A stretch of 64,000 bases of DNA, from assembly GCA_026023565.1 (NCBI GenBank), contig JAPETS010000002.1, positions 1,364,001-1,428,000 on the forward strand, given 5' to 3'. A program made the translations under genes and the position numbers. Under the pieces are notes generated by a model, which saw only the letters and a list, made by a program, of their open reading frames with translations, was not told the origin of the DNA and searched no databases. Shown one piece after another: positions 12,835-26,773 of this stretch (the first letter of the stretch is position 1; each line of letters starts with the position of its first letter). This stretch comes from Cirrosporium novae-zelandiae (Eukaryota).

Positions 12835-13335
12835 GGGTTAGGTTAGGTTAGGTTGGGTTATGTGGGTGGGTTACAGGTTTCCAGGTTCTAGGTTGTGGAA
12901 CCAAGTAGGTAGGCAGGCAGGCAGGTAATCAATCAATCAAAAATATAACGCACCGTAAGAAAAACTAAAAACTAAAACTAAAAGAAGAGTTGTATGTATT
13001 ATAATTCATCTATTCCATATAGATCTATATATATCCAACAATTGATAACGAAAATCCATCCGTCTATAAAATTAATAATTAGTAAAAAAAAATTAAAAAA
13101 GGGGAGGGGAGAGGGAGGGGACTACGGTATAGGTAGGACTCGGTATAGGTGAGGATGTAGGTAAGTAGGTACATGTACAATAAGGGTTAGGTTAGGTTAT
13201 GTGGGTTACAGGTTATGGGTCCCAGGTTATAGAACTAAGCAGGTAGGCAGGCGGTCAATCAACTAAGAAGAAATACAACACCACAGGAAAGATAAAATAA
13301 AAGAAGGGTTGTGTATATTATAATTTACCCATTCC
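12835..13335. repeat. Degenerate local direct duplication (about 150-180 bp unit, 2 copies)
   Basis: 12835-13016 and 13183-13335 share, in order, GGTTAGGTTAGGTT, ATGTGGGT, TTACAGGTT, AGGTAGGCAGGC, AAAAGAAG.GTTGT.T.TATTATAATT and ATTCC. Confidence 0.8.
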
Positions 13336-14074
13336 GCTTATTCCACTCATTCGTCTCGCTATCTATATATAACTAAAGACAAAAAAAAAAGAAAGAAAAA
13401 ACCAAAAAAAGATTATTACACAAAGTACATTTGGTTGGTTGGTTATTATGTGATATGCAACATGCGATATGCGATATTGGTTTGATTTGATGTGGTTGGT
13501 GGTTTTCGAAATCGTCATCATTAGTTAACAGTATGTGTGTGTTAACTGTATCCCATATCCCCCATACCATTACATGGCTCCATGACATGACATTGACATT
13601 CCATTCGGCATCCCTTTCGATATTTCGGTCGTGTGTCCATCCATTCCGTTCCATTTCATCCCATCCCATCTCATTATACTCGCTCGCTCAGCATGACCGA
13701 AAAAGATACTGAGAGGAAGAGGGTGAGGGAGAGAGAGAGAGAGGGAAAAGAAATTACATTCGTTCATTCATCCTGTCCCGTCCACCAAAATCGAGTTGAG
13801 TCTTGAGGGTCTTAATTAAATTGAATCAAAATGAATCGGGAAGAGAGGAAAGGAAAGGAAGTAAAAAAACGCCTTTCCCCGTCAGTCCGTCAATCCGCCC
13901 GTCGTTATTATCGTCGGATCCAGAAGCGTACAAACTCAACCCAATTAATGGATAAACACTTGCTCACCCTTCTCTTATATCACCCACTATCTTCCGTGTT
14001 CCACATTAGTCTTCAATGAATTCTCCTAAGAAATCCCTTTCCCGTCATCTCCCTGGGACGTCAGTCCATCCATC

Positions 14075-15228
14075 TCAGCTTGATGAATTCTCGTTCTTCT
14101 GCTCTGGAGCCGCTGCTGCAGAATTCGCCGCCTCTCTCGCTGCTCTCGCAGCTTGTGCAGCATGAAGTCTTTGATCCAGCGCCTTTAATGCGAGAGCCCT
14201 TCTCCTCTCAGCCTCCTCCCGCTTGCCCATGCCTGCTCGGCCGCCACGTCCATTGTTTAGAAGATATGGGAGCCCAACTTCATCGCGTGCAGATGCTTGC
14301 GCGTTTCCGTTTTCAATGTCGGCAGCAGAGAAAGGCGTGCAAAGATGGAGGGTCAGTAAGATTGTGTATATCGTGTCAGAGATAACGGTGACGGGTGCTT
14401 GAATGACGCTAGGGAAGAAGGTTGGGAAAGCAAAGGTCGAGGAGGGATCTCCACGTAGGGCGGTGGAGGTTTCTCCAGAGGCCGAGGGTAGCGTAAGTGG
14501 TTGGAGGGCGAAGAAGCGGAGGTGAGTGAAGGAGACGAGGAAGGAGATGGCCGAGAGGCAGATAGGAGTCGGCGTCGTGAAGATTATCGAGAGTATTAGG
14601 TTAGTTAATTGGAATAGGAAGGGGAAGTGCTTGATGCGAAATTTCAGAATTCCCCGGAAAATCGTCACCGTATGTTCTGGGACCAGCTGCTTAAAGGCCA
14701 CGAGGAATGACGCGACAAGCGGGAGAGGGGAGAAGATCGGCGAGAGTCTGATGAGATGATGGTTAGCATTTTCGTAGGGTGGAAGAATTAGAATAGAAGA
14801 AAAACTTACCCCCAGTATTCGTTCCTGGTAAGAGCGAAGAAAAAAAGATAGGTAACGGTGGTCAAGAGATTAGGGACAAAGGAGACAATCAGTAAAAACT
14901 TGATAAACTCCTTGGATCCCCAAGCTCTCTCTAGATATCTTCCGCCATAGTAAATAGCCAGAGCCGAGAAGGCGAGGGTGAAGATATTCCGTTCGACCAA
15001 GGCAGCGGAAACAAACACCCAGGGGTAATACAGCGAAAATTGCGGCACTATGGTTAGGTAAGGAACAAGTTTGTTCTGCCATGTGGTAGTAGGCTGTTGT
15101 TGTCCTTCACCATCTGGCGTTTGTGCGAGGGCGGCTTGACGGTAACGGACGGCATTGTAAAGAAGGGTGAAGGCGACGAGAAGGACAAGTAGGATACGGG
15201 TGATGGGAGGAATATTTATACGAGGCAT
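14075..15228 (-). CDS. TMEM115/DUF1751 rhomboid-like Golgi membrane protein
   Basis: MPRINIPPITRILL; YYGGRYLERAWGSKEF; AFKQLVPEHTV; LRGDPSSTFAFPTFFP; EEAERRRALALKALDQRL; 1 intron. Confidence 0.88.
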
Positions 15229-15689
15229 GGTTAGGTTGGACTAAAGGGATAAGGATAGAAGATTTGGGAAAAAAAACAAAGTCTTCCGGTTGCACCTAAT
15301 CAATTTAGAGCCTCTGTATTATGACAATGGTGGAGGTGTGGAGGTGGTGGTGGTGGTGGTGGTGGTGATGATGGATGGGTTAATATTGTCTATCCTCTCG
15401 TCACAGTTGGTGGTGAATGAAAAGAATTGTTTAGTCGGTAGTGAGGTGTTTTGGTACAGCTGGTGGTAACTTGGTATAACTTTACATGGTAAGATCGGCA
15501 GTTTAAAAGGGTTTAGATGTGTTCAACCCCGAAAAAGCTTGGCCTTGCAGTTGCATTTGGGTGGCTGTCGGGTGTTCCCATTGTAATTAACCCATGTCTC
15601 TGTGTATTTACGTATTGTTGTATTGGATACCGATAAAACTAGTCATAATGAACAATACCCAGGTACCTAGGTATAATATATCTGCATCC

Positions 15690-15698
15690 TCTTCTTCT

Positions 15699-15730
<32 letters not shown>

Positions 15731-15768
15731 TCTACTTCTCTACTTCTCTACTTCTCTACTTCTCTACC
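15690..15768. repeat. Microsatellites (CTT)n followed by (TTCTCTAC)x5
   Basis: Visible directly. The same 8-mer repeat recurs near 49833-49852. Confidence 0.9.
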
Positions 15769-16453
15769 TGTAGGTGTTGGTTTGGTGCCTGTAGTTTAGA
15801 TTCAAAGCCGACGTGTTTAAAGTTTCCAACTAAAAGCTTTCCATAACAAATCCTTAGCTCTTCAACTGTTTAACAAATTCATCCCTAACCCCCCCTGCCC
15901 TGCCCTGCCTTCCCCTTCTTTCTAATTCATAAAGAAGTTCCCTTGGTGCCTTTCGCTTCACACGGCAACTTGGCAACCAAAAAAGAAAACCAACGTTTAC
16001 TGGTTCAACAACCAATATCTTCAGCCTTTAATCACCTTTCTTTTCTCTTTCCAACTCTCCACTTTCTTAAACCCCTCTGCCTTGACCCTCTTGACCCTTC
16101 GAACTCCCCATCTTAACCCTCTTACAGGAAAAAACAATTTCAATCATTTCATCACTCTAATCGTTATTGACAAAATCATTGTCTGCAATCAATCTCGCAA
16201 TCCTAGTCTGACACTTGCGCATCTAACCGCCTCCCCCCCCACCCCCCCGGCCTTTAACGCTAGTCCCTACTTGTGGTAACTGTAGTGGTCTTCCCGCAAT
16301 CCAAAGACACATCTTCAATCTTTAAACAATCCTTTCTCAAAAACTTCGAAATCAAGTCAAAGGTCCCTTTATCTCATCTTCAATCATACATCTCATCTAT
16401 TCTTATCCATCTATAATTCATTCAAAGGGAATGAATCCAATCCAATCGTAAAT

Positions 16454-18638
16454 ATGCAAAAACTGACATCGACTCAACTTAACTATTTGATTTGGAGGTA
16501 TGTTTGGTTCTCACTCGCTTCGGTTATGTCAAGTCAAATCCCCCCATGTCGAATCCCTCCTATACCGTCAGACCCCAGTGAAAACTAACTGTTTGTGTGT
16601 CCATTCAGGTATCTCCAAGAATCAGGTTGGTATTTACATATTTACTTGTCGCTCTTGTGACCCTCTATAATTATTAACCCATTTTGTAGGTTATAGCGAA
16701 GCAGCTACCAAATTACAGCGAGATTGGAATCAACCTGATCCCCAAAGTTTACCTTTCGCTAGTCACATCAAGACGCATGCTCTTGTAGCCTTGGTGCAGA
16801 GAGGCCTGCTGTATTATGATATTCAAGCATCTCTAGATGAGGTATTGTATTTTATTGATTCCTATCATACCAATTTTCATCTTACCCTTTGCGCAGAATG
16901 GCCAGCTAGGTACTGCGCCGCCGGCTATATCCTTCTTTGGTGAATCGGTCCAGGATGAAGAAGAAACAACATCCCCCTCCCCCAGGCAAGGCCTGTCTCC
17001 TCTGGAAATTCCAAAAAAGCGCAAGGTAGGTCGCGAATTTCACTGTACGATCTATCCCTTGACTTAAAACTCATCATTTCAAAGCAGTCTAAGCGCACAA
17101 ACGGCGCAAGCTACGAAATCAATGGAAGCGTCGACAGAATGGATATCGATGGAGAGGATCAATCACCATCGACAAAAACTAATAGAATCCAAACGACGAC
17201 AACGACGACAGCAACAACCAGAACTGCAAATTCTCCTTTAGCCAATGAGAATGGTGATGTTGAAATGACAATTGAGGACCGGCCGATATTGACAATCACA
17301 AATGGGCAAAGTGTTGGGGTTCAGAGCCACAAGCCGGAGGAGCTGGGACCAGCCACCACTTTCTTGCATTTGGCTGCAGACGCTTCGGCCAACTCTGCAT
17401 TGGCTCCTGCACCGCTTGCGGATGACTTTTCCGAACCGATACACGTGACTCAAGCCCTATGGAATCCCCACGATCCGTCTGTTCTCGCAACAACCGGAGA
17501 AACATTGTCCCGAGTATACGAGGTCCAGTCCTCTGAGAATAATAAACCTCTGCAGACCAAATGTCATGAGCTTCTGGAGGAAGGAAAACAAAGTACCGTA
17601 ACCGCTGCCTGCTGGAGTCCAGACGGAAATTACTTTGCCGTTGCTGCCCGTACCTTTGGCCAGGATATGAGCGAAGAAGTTAAGATATACAGCAAGAATG
17701 GCCTTTTGGTTGACGAGCTATCAAGTAACCATGATATGGTGCTTGCTTTACGCTGGAGTCCAAATAGTAATCAATTGCTCGGCATCGCTACCATCGATGA
17801 TAAAGCCTCCATCACTATCTGGTGCCTGGGTGGTACCGAGTTCCCCCCCTTTACTGCCAATGCACTTTTGCTTGATGCAGCATGGACCTCTGAGGATGTA
17901 TTTAGTACCTGTGGAGAAGATGGGATCACAGAGTTCAAGCTGGTGGAAGGTGTGATTAAGATGCAGACGGTATTGACAGAGAAGGGTTATGAACAAGTAT
18001 CATGGAGGAAAATGGGCTTTTCAGGTCCCTATTTTACAGGGGAAAGTGACAAAAAGAACCCTCGTCTTTCTCGTCTGGTGAGCATCGCCGATGAAAAGCC
18101 GTATATCTGGGTTAGTCTGCTCCTTTGATTTCGATATATTCTTTCTGTTTCCCTAATCTTTTTATAGGTGTCCAACCTTGCCTCCTCTCGAATCTACAAC
18201 GAGACCTCATCCTCACCTTTGACCACCTTTGCGCTCTCTTGGAACCAGTCGCCTACCCCGGATGCTCCTATTCTACTCGCCACTGCATCAACTACCGCAT
18301 CCATCTGCCTCTATGATCTCCGGCCTTTCCCTAATGATCTTACTCTTATCCACACACTGAACCTCGGCCCCTCGTCTTCCGCCCTGGCTCTGTCATTTTC
18401 TCCCGATTCCACTTTGCTTGCAGCAGGATGCTACGATCACGTCAGCGTATGGAAGACTGCTTCGTACGCAGGGATCCTTCCAGTAGCCGAATGGAGGCCC
18501 GAAGATAAAGAAAACTGGGCGTCTGCCGAAGGGGAAGGCGAAGAAGATGATCATTGTTTAGAATGGGATGCCCAAGGGGAGAAAATTGCATTTGGGGTTG
18601 GGCAGCAAATTGCTTTGATTGAATACCACCGACGATGA
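16454..18638 (+). CDS. SIF2: LisH + WD40 protein, Sif2/TBL1-like (Set3 HDAC complex subunit)
   Basis: Spliced N-terminus MQKLTSTQLNYLIWR|YLQESG|YSEAA...ALVALVQRGLLY (LisH); LTITNGQSVGVQS; WD repeats (VTAACWSPDG, LALRWSPN, ALSFSPDS). Confidence 0.8.
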
Positions 18639-20534
18639 AATCTTGTCCAGATATCAATCGACAACCCTAGGGAAGATGAAAATCACGAATCCTAAAATCA
18701 CCTGTTGGAAGACCTGGATCACAACAGATACCGTTACTATTGCCGACATTTGAACCTACTCAGGAAAACAAACCCCACAGGCATTCATATTGCATCCTTA
18801 TGTTACGCTCACTCGATTACCAATGTTGCATACATGTGTTCATGAGTCTATTTGGAATCATAGGCCTACTTTGCCATGACAAGTCCGTCACGAAATCAGA
18901 CTGGAATGGAAAGTCCTGTGACGCATGACCAGCTCGTTTTGATCCGATTGGCCCAAGCCTTATTGTCACCCATCACCTTCCCTTGCAGGACAAGCGATGG
19001 TTTTATTGACCACGGTACATGCCATTGCATCCTTTTGGACCTTTTCCGCAAGAAAGCTATCCAAGGATGCGATGTTTTGACCCCACGAGTATTATGCAGC
19101 CCTTTAATTTGGATTTACTATACGGCATTACATTCTAGCGCTAGAAAGGGCGTCTAGAATTCCCGAAGCATGGAAATGATGACGATCATCGGTATTGGAG
19201 GTGGTCGAGATACCTAACAAATAAGATTAAATATGATGGATAATGAAATATCATTTGTATCAGCATAAGCGCGAATAGGAATATCCAATTATGCTACGAC
19301 TGGATAACAAAGATATGGAGAGTGAATGCGGAACGATCGAGAAACAGTTTGGTGTTTGAAGTGACCCTCCTATCGAAGTTAGACGCAATGCCTTGGTGCG
19401 TTCTCGGAATAAATCGTGTATTCCGAGGACGGGTAGATGAAGAGCATCTTAATATGCCGGATGTATAAATCCGGTGGCGAGATGAGATGGTCTCGAGATG
19501 AATTGGAAATATTGCTGTTTAGAATGCATTTATGTGATCTTAGAGAATAAATCATAAGATTGTCTATATAAATATATGCACAAAAGAGATGATTAGATAT
19601 TAAGTACTCCATAAGTAGCTCGATTATGCTTCATTTCTCATTTCTCATTTCTACTTCGCTAGCATATCAGTTCCCGAACAAACCCTCAGATAAATCGGAA
19701 GTGCACCAAACCAACAATCACCACAATGTTACGGTTCCTTACCACGATAGCAGAGTCTCTTAATAGGTCACGCATACTGTCCCACTGCCACAGGTCTCCT
19801 GTCTTGAACAAGACCGATGAAAGGAGCAGACACCCATATTTATGATGGTAGCTGGACAAGCTTGTTATAAAGCCACCGTGGTTCAAGATACCCAAGTCAC
19901 TACTTGCAGCCCTATCTCGGCGTAACAAGAGCTTATCCCTGCGAAAATCAGTACGAACGCACAACGCTAACCTAGAATAGCATTAGGTAGCATGCCTCAG
20001 CGATTTCAAATGCAGTGAGATAGTCGAGTGGATGTGATAAAGTTCTTGGAAGTGATTCTAAATGTTTGTAGGGTACTCAACGTTACCCTTCTGTGGAGCC
20101 CGCTCAAAGTTAGCCTAATCGAGGAGTTCCAGATTTTCGACCCGGACATAACAGTACTTCTTATTGGTCATCTAAGGGCATCAAGTTCATGAGTTCACCT
20201 ATGGCGGTTCAATTCTTAAAGGTCTTAACTTGCGTATTCTCGAGTGCCATACTTGCAAGCTAACACCGTTGTATGAACACATCTAGCCGTTTAAACTTAC
20301 TCGCTGGCACTACCTATTGGGCAATCTCGAATTCAATCTAACCAACGGTATCGGTTTTAGCAAGAGTATCGGGCGGCAGGCTAATCCCCTTACAGATCTG
20401 TTATCAGAACAGGGCCCGAGGCTGATGGAATTAGAGAAGTTGCTCTGATCAGCTTGATCGTAGTTTTATCACTATCAACTAGATATTGACAATTACTGGC
20501 AATGAAGCCTCGTAATGAAGCCTTGCAGTCGAAA

Positions 20535-22507
20535 TTAGGATATGAAAAGCCTGTATAGACCATCCATACTAAACTCGGCATTTTCAGGCGGCTGGATGAG
20601 CATGCCTACCCATATGAGGGTATGTCCTTCAGTCATATATTTAAACGGAAGAGTAGCCGTAGACTAGGTATTCTCTTAGCACATCTCTGCTTAAACCGCC
20701 AGCTTTCAGAGCACTTGCATTCGAAAGCAGAGTAGATTGACCAATACCCATGTTCTTGCCAATCCATGCGAGACACCTGCTCATGTAGGCTCGCAGCTGA
20801 GGTGAGACGACTGGCATTCTCGCTGCCACAAACAACGGATGCATCAAAAGTAAACCGCCAACTGGACTGCCAGGAATAATTTCTTCCGAGCCAGTCTGAG
20901 TTTCGTGAATATAAGTTTGTGGGTCTTTAGTTAAATGATATGGAATTGATGCAACGATGCCCTCTGCCAACTTTTGAGCTTCTTTCTGTTCTTGTGGGTG
21001 AGCATCGTTCCCTAGTAGGCGGTTCAAGCATCAAACAATTAAATCTAATACCATTAGATGCGTTTTACGATAAGTATTCCATACTGCAGCGACATATACT
21101 GCAAACGTTAGTTCATACAAGTATGGCACTGCAGGCAATTCTTACGGTCAAAATAAGTGTCAACATTTCCTGGCCAGCAATTTGTGAATTGCGATGACCG
21201 GGCTTGATCTTCGCTAATGGTGCCAATCTTCCTGGGCTTCCCTGGCTAGCTGACCATCGAGAAAATTTATTGTCCAAAACCATTGCGTCCTGCCTAAGAT
21301 GTTGTATATCCTCCAAAGCCGTAGATGCATCAGAAAGCAACGTACTTGCCCGGTAAAATAGTGGGTTGAATTGGATAAGAATCGCATCCAGATTCTGGAT
21401 CGAGGAATTTGAAGTTGGCGCACAGAGAACACCGGGAACTTGTGGCTGCTAGACTCGTTTGAGTGGCTGAAAAAGCCTGCTTAGAATGCAGAAAGCGTAC
21501 CTTCAAAGGTCCTTTGAGCAGGAGTGGATTACCCAATTAGAACAATTCTGTTCCGGTGAGTATATCAAATGGAGAGTTTTCACTGGAGAGAATAGCAGAT
21601 ACGCCTCTAACATGAGCAACATGCTGTCCAGGGGCTGTCTCGATACTGGTAATGATCTACGAAATATTAGCTATATGGTATTAGCAGCTCTGCTCAGCCC
21701 AAACCTCATAGAGACCTAGCAATACGCCAGTCATCAATGACTCCGCCGTGTGTGCTGTGGCCGGGTTTGAGAGAGTTGTTGGGAAAGAGCGCAACAGGTC
21801 ACCGTACACCAACTTGGCTTTGTGTACAAGATCGGTGTACCCATTCTATTGCCAATCCCTGCGAGAGCCACCATCTTAGCAGCTTGTGCGATATCAGAAT
21901 ATTGTCCTGCATAAACGATCAAAGGTTTAAGGCCATCAAGAAAGCCACGTGATAGTGATCGGTCAGCTGATTTTACACAATAGTCGTCAAAAAAAGCAGC
22001 GAGAGCATGCTGTTCAATATGAGCGTCGTTTGGGCCCGAAATAGTAATTTCAGGTGTAGAAGAAAGAGTCTGTATTATTGCCTGACTCGATTCCATAAGG
22101 GGAGGATTGGACGAGCCATTGCCCCTTTTTCCGTCATAGTAGCGAAATAAAAGACTGTCGCTATCCTTGTAGCCAAGGCAGACACGACTCGACTTGATGC
22201 ACCTATTACATGACTAAAAATAGTGAGTCGAAACTGATGTTAGAAATATAGAAAAAAGACCAAGACATGACCAGCAGCACCGTAGTCAACTTCACCGACT
22301 TAAGGGAATACGCGAATAAAAGAGACTGCCCACTTTCCCTGGGGATCCCAAAAGCGAGCCCAAAATGGGGTTAGAAGTACTCACCGGCCGGGATTCATCG
22401 CACTGCAGCAGCATCATCAGCATAATTTTGATTGGCGCGCAATGATTTACCTTTTTGTGCCTTTAATTGCAAGTCTCACATGCTCGAGAAACTCCATAGT
22501 TGGCCAT
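20535..22507 (-). pseudogene. Disrupted Zn(II)2Cys6 transcription factor
   Basis: Spliced reading MANYGVSRACETCN*RHKK|CDESRP|SCNRCIKSSRVCLGY. In-frame stops at 22463-65 (TAA), 21537-39 (TAA) and 21031-33 (TGA). Frameshifts near 21835 and 21190-21240. Confidence 0.85.
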
Positions 22508-23220
22508 CTTTCACGGTGAAGTTTGTTCAACTCGGAGATGAAATGACATGCGGTTCCAATAAAGATGAGGTCGAAAAAGCGATCTCATTCCGTAGATCAT
22601 AGTTTGCGAACGCTCGATACTAAAAGATCTGAGGCTAAACCCACTCGGGATAGCGTTGCGGGCTTGAACCTCGCAGCGAGCCCCATTAATTAATGATTAT
22701 TTTCTCAGGGTTTAAATTACAGGTTAGCTGAAGTCGCTTTATTATTTTGTGTACTCGAGTACTTGTAGTCTAAGGATAGAATTAATTCCACGAAAGGTAA
22801 ACTATATATGCCGAGGCTTGGCACAGACAATTCTGGAACATCAATATCCTTTGCCGACAACAGCGCTTTATTATCATCAAGTTCATTGATAAGAAAATAG
22901 AGAAGAATATTTATTCTATTCTATTATACAAGGTGTTTTAATTTCAAGATTTGCTTTTGATAAAGACGGGGTATCAATATGCTGGTGACATACAATGGCA
23001 TAGCACAGACAAACATAGAAATGACCGAACCCAATTAATGCACCACCCCAACCTGTAGAAGAACCCCTTAAGTTTGTTTTGTTTTGTTTTTGTTTGTTTT
23101 GTGCGACTATATATTCCATCTCAAGCATATTTGCGCACGTATGTATGCGCCCTTGGATACCATTGGCTTATCCACCCACCCACTCATTCACCCACTCATT
23201 ATGGATAATAAATTATGGGG

Positions 23221-25399
23221 CTAAGACAATACTAATAACGCTGCGCTCATGCTCATCATAACTCCTAGTAAAGATTTCAAGGACTCCAGTCTTACCCCGG
23301 AGCTCGTTGTCGTAGGCGACGGGGTTGCAGTCGCAATGTAAACCCCCGTCGGCATGCTCTTAGTAGTTGTAGCGGTCGCAGCCCCATTGGCAGTACCCGT
23401 CGCCGTCGAAGCAGTCATACTAGCTGGGACGGACCCCGGGGTGCCTGCTTGGGACGTCACGCTCGCTGCTGGAGTTTTCCAGTCGCTGGAATCGCTGTAC
23501 CAGACCCCATTGATCACGACCCCATCTCCATCTTGGACCTTTGAGATTTGCTCATCGGAGCATTTCGATTCCATGTCTCGGACCCAGCACGTGGGCGAGT
23601 TTTGGGATGGTGCTGAATTCGTCATTGTTGCGTTTGCGTCTCCGGTTGTGCCGTACTTGGTAAGGTTGACTGTGTCACCCATGGAGAGACCAGTTCCTAG
23701 GACGATGCGTGTGAAAAGGGTAAATACAGTTTCTGGCTGATATGCTGGTACCAGGTGGCCGGCCTCGTAGATGCGTGAAAATGAGAGATTTCCGTATTGG
23801 CGAACCATTCCACCCACGTATGTACTATTGACAACAATGTCAGCATATCCGGCTTTGTAGAAAGGACCGTATCCCTCTGCTTGAGCGGCAATAGAGAATG
23901 AAACAGCTTCACCCCCTAGCCAATTACAGATGAAATCTTTGTCGCCATATATCAGAGCAACGCGGACCCCCGAGTCGAGAAGAGAGGCTAGCTTTTCGAT
24001 TTGGTCCCCACGATCAAGGTCACCGGTAAGTTGAAAAGCTTCACTGACAGCCGTGCTAGATTGAGTGAAATTTAAAGGGGTACCAATAGCCGCCTGAACA
24101 TCTGCACGGTTAAGATATTCGAGGAATGTGCTTGGGGGAAATGGATCTGCAGCTTTTTGCGTGATATCATAGACATCCCGACCAGTGCTTTCATAAAATC
24201 CATACATATGCTCACTGCAATATGTCCATGCCTTGGAACAGATGGTGTTTACATTTGTTACACCCCCATAGTCATCGGGATCTGTCGTCGAAACCGACTC
24301 ACGGCAGGCCTGGATTCGTTGCTGACATCCACCCTGGCTGAGAAAATCATTTGCTGCAGTCTGTTGTTCCAAGAGGCTTATAGCTTGAATTCCATACGTA
24401 TTGTTGTACGCGAATTCCGGATAGTAAATCCCTTGCACTAGATCATCAATGCAACCTTGTACAATGCCCAGCGATGTCAACTTGATTCGCAAGTTGGTGC
24501 TATTTGAAAGAGTGCCACTCCTCAGGAGAGAATTCTGTTCCTCCCAGTAAGACGCAAAGGCAGGACCGTACACCCCTCCATAGCTTTCGGCGAAAAGATT
24601 AATACCAACAACCGAGCTGTTTGTACTGTTATTAACACCAGGATTATACTGCGGGAATGTCGCCAAAAAGCCTTGAAGCATATGCCAAATCGCATGCGCA
24701 GCAATGGTTGTTGTATTGGCGGTGGCATTAGCGTTCTGAGAACTAAAAGTCCCGTTGAGGAACGTATATTTTGGCTGTCCCGAAGGTAACGAAGTAGGAG
24801 GCTCCGTTATGTTATTTGATGACAAAAGGTCCAGTGAACCATTTATCGCAGTGTCATATGAAAATCCAACCTGATTAGGCTGATCAACGAAAAGAACATT
24901 CGAACTTCGGTCCCAACCCCAATCCCTTGGTTGGGTTCCTATTTTTCCTTTCGCAATCTCTACGGCTTCGCAAGGACCAACTTCCTGGAATAGCCCAACC
25001 ATGCTACTACTTCCAGGCCCGCCATTAAGATATACTGTCAGCGGCGCTGTTTCAGGGCTAGTCCTTGCTTCAATAAACCAAAAGAATGTGTTGATCGAAT
25101 AATTTTGTTGGATTGGAGCTAATATATATGGAGGCAAGTGGACATATCCTGTGTACTGTTTCTGGGTGGAAAAGACTGTTGTGCATGTGCCCACGGGTGG
25201 GGTTTTGTAGCTAATAGTTATATTTCCGTCCACAGGGGACTTTACTGTTTTAATATCGTCATCGGAAAGTGAGGGAGGATATTGGCTGGCCGCCGTGGCC
25301 AGTAAGAGGCATGTGCATAGAAACGATGAAATCCGAAAGAGCTACAGACAAAACATTAGTGTTGAGGTCTTTGGAAAATAAGAATCTTAAACCAACCAT
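23221..25399 (-). CDS. Secreted, probably GPI-anchored serine carboxypeptidase (family S10)
   Basis: LNGGPGSSS, DQPNQVGFSY, ESYGG (Ser), GDKDFICN (Asp), AGHLVP (His); S/T-rich tail with hydrophobic C-terminus. A signal peptide appears after splicing an ATG-only first exon (intron 25342-25396). Confidence 0.92.
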
Positions 25400-26773
25400 T
25401 ATGTTTTTACCTGAAGTAGAAAATGAATGATGGACCGACTCAAAGTTGGAGAAAATCAAATAAAGGGTACTGTCGTGTTTTGGTATGAAGGACTTCAGAA
25501 TTCATGTACTAGTAGGGACCGAATAGTGAGCCATTCGATGAAAGCCAAGTACCTTGGAGTTGTTCAAGGCATATTCGATTAGTCCAAGTCAGTCGTTCGT
25601 CACTCAAGTAAATGTTGTTTAGACTTGAGTGGGAAAGTATTTTTGGATACGAAGCTGAAACGAGGAAGCTCGGGAGGATGAGGCTGAGATCAACAACAAG
25701 GATGAGGGACAATGGTGATTCAAAGCGAGATTGCAAGGAGATTGAGAAGATAAAAAAGCGATTGATTCCCACTAAGCAGGTAAGCAAAATAATTATAAGT
25801 GAAGGGGAGAATTGAAACACATTGTTGGACAGACGACAAGGCTATGAGCATCGGTTGTGGTTGAAAGTCCGTAACGCAACACAATGCATCCCACCCGGCA
25901 TTGGCGTTGACAATTCCGTCGTGGTAATATTGGCCGAGGATGATACGAGAATATTACAAATTCCATGGTAATATTTAATTTCTTTTTTCTTTTTTTTTTT
26001 ACAAAACAACTTCAAGATGATATTTGGTGAGAGATATCTTCAGAAATAAATCAAGAGGATAGAAGTGAAGCTCTTTTTTAGCATGCCTTGCTGATAATCC
26101 GTGGATCCTCAAAATGTGGACCCACTTGATGGACTGAAAAATTGATAGGATGTTGAATGGTATTATCATCCGTGAAGAACTCTTCTCAAACTCAATTCTC
26201 TTCCGTACGTCCTTGATGGATCCGCATCAGAGTAGGTTTCCAGAAGAGGCATTTCTAACCCTTGACACAGCGTTTTCTATACAATTCAATTGGGTTTGGA
26301 AACGCTGCCCATCATAAGTGATTCTAGCTTGATCCGAAATTCCATGTACGCAATATTGAGGATTGCGACATTGTATGGAAAATGTGCTTCCTGGAAGGTA
26401 ATGCGGGTCATTCCGGCGACTTCTACCGAAAGTGCTTTCTTACATCTGAGGCTCCGAGGCTTTTTTTGCATTTTTGCATTTTCGCATGGGCATGATGGGG
26501 TACATATGGGCGTGCCTTGATAGTCTTTGGGCTTCCCTTGGGCCTAACTGATTTTCATGACCCTGCGCCAAGAATCTGGAGCTCTCACTACTTCCACTGC
26601 TTCCCCATGAAAAGTTAAGACTAACATGGTTAACTTTACCTCTTGATTACCTCCGATATTTTTAGTCTAAACCATCCTCCGCATTCGATTCATCTCCCAC
26701 CAACCCACACTTTCATTGATATTCTCTCAAGTATAGACATTCTCATATTACCTCTATATTACTACACTACATA

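Noticed and set aside
12820..12860. (GGTTA)n / GAGGGTT telomere-like repeats
   Set aside because: Not tandem TTAGGG arrays; short and part of general microsatellite mosaics.
20535..22507. Editing-rescued gene hypothesis for the Zn2Cys6 locus
   Set aside because: Frameshifts cannot be repaired by A-to-I editing, and the stops are not at apparent Trp positions.
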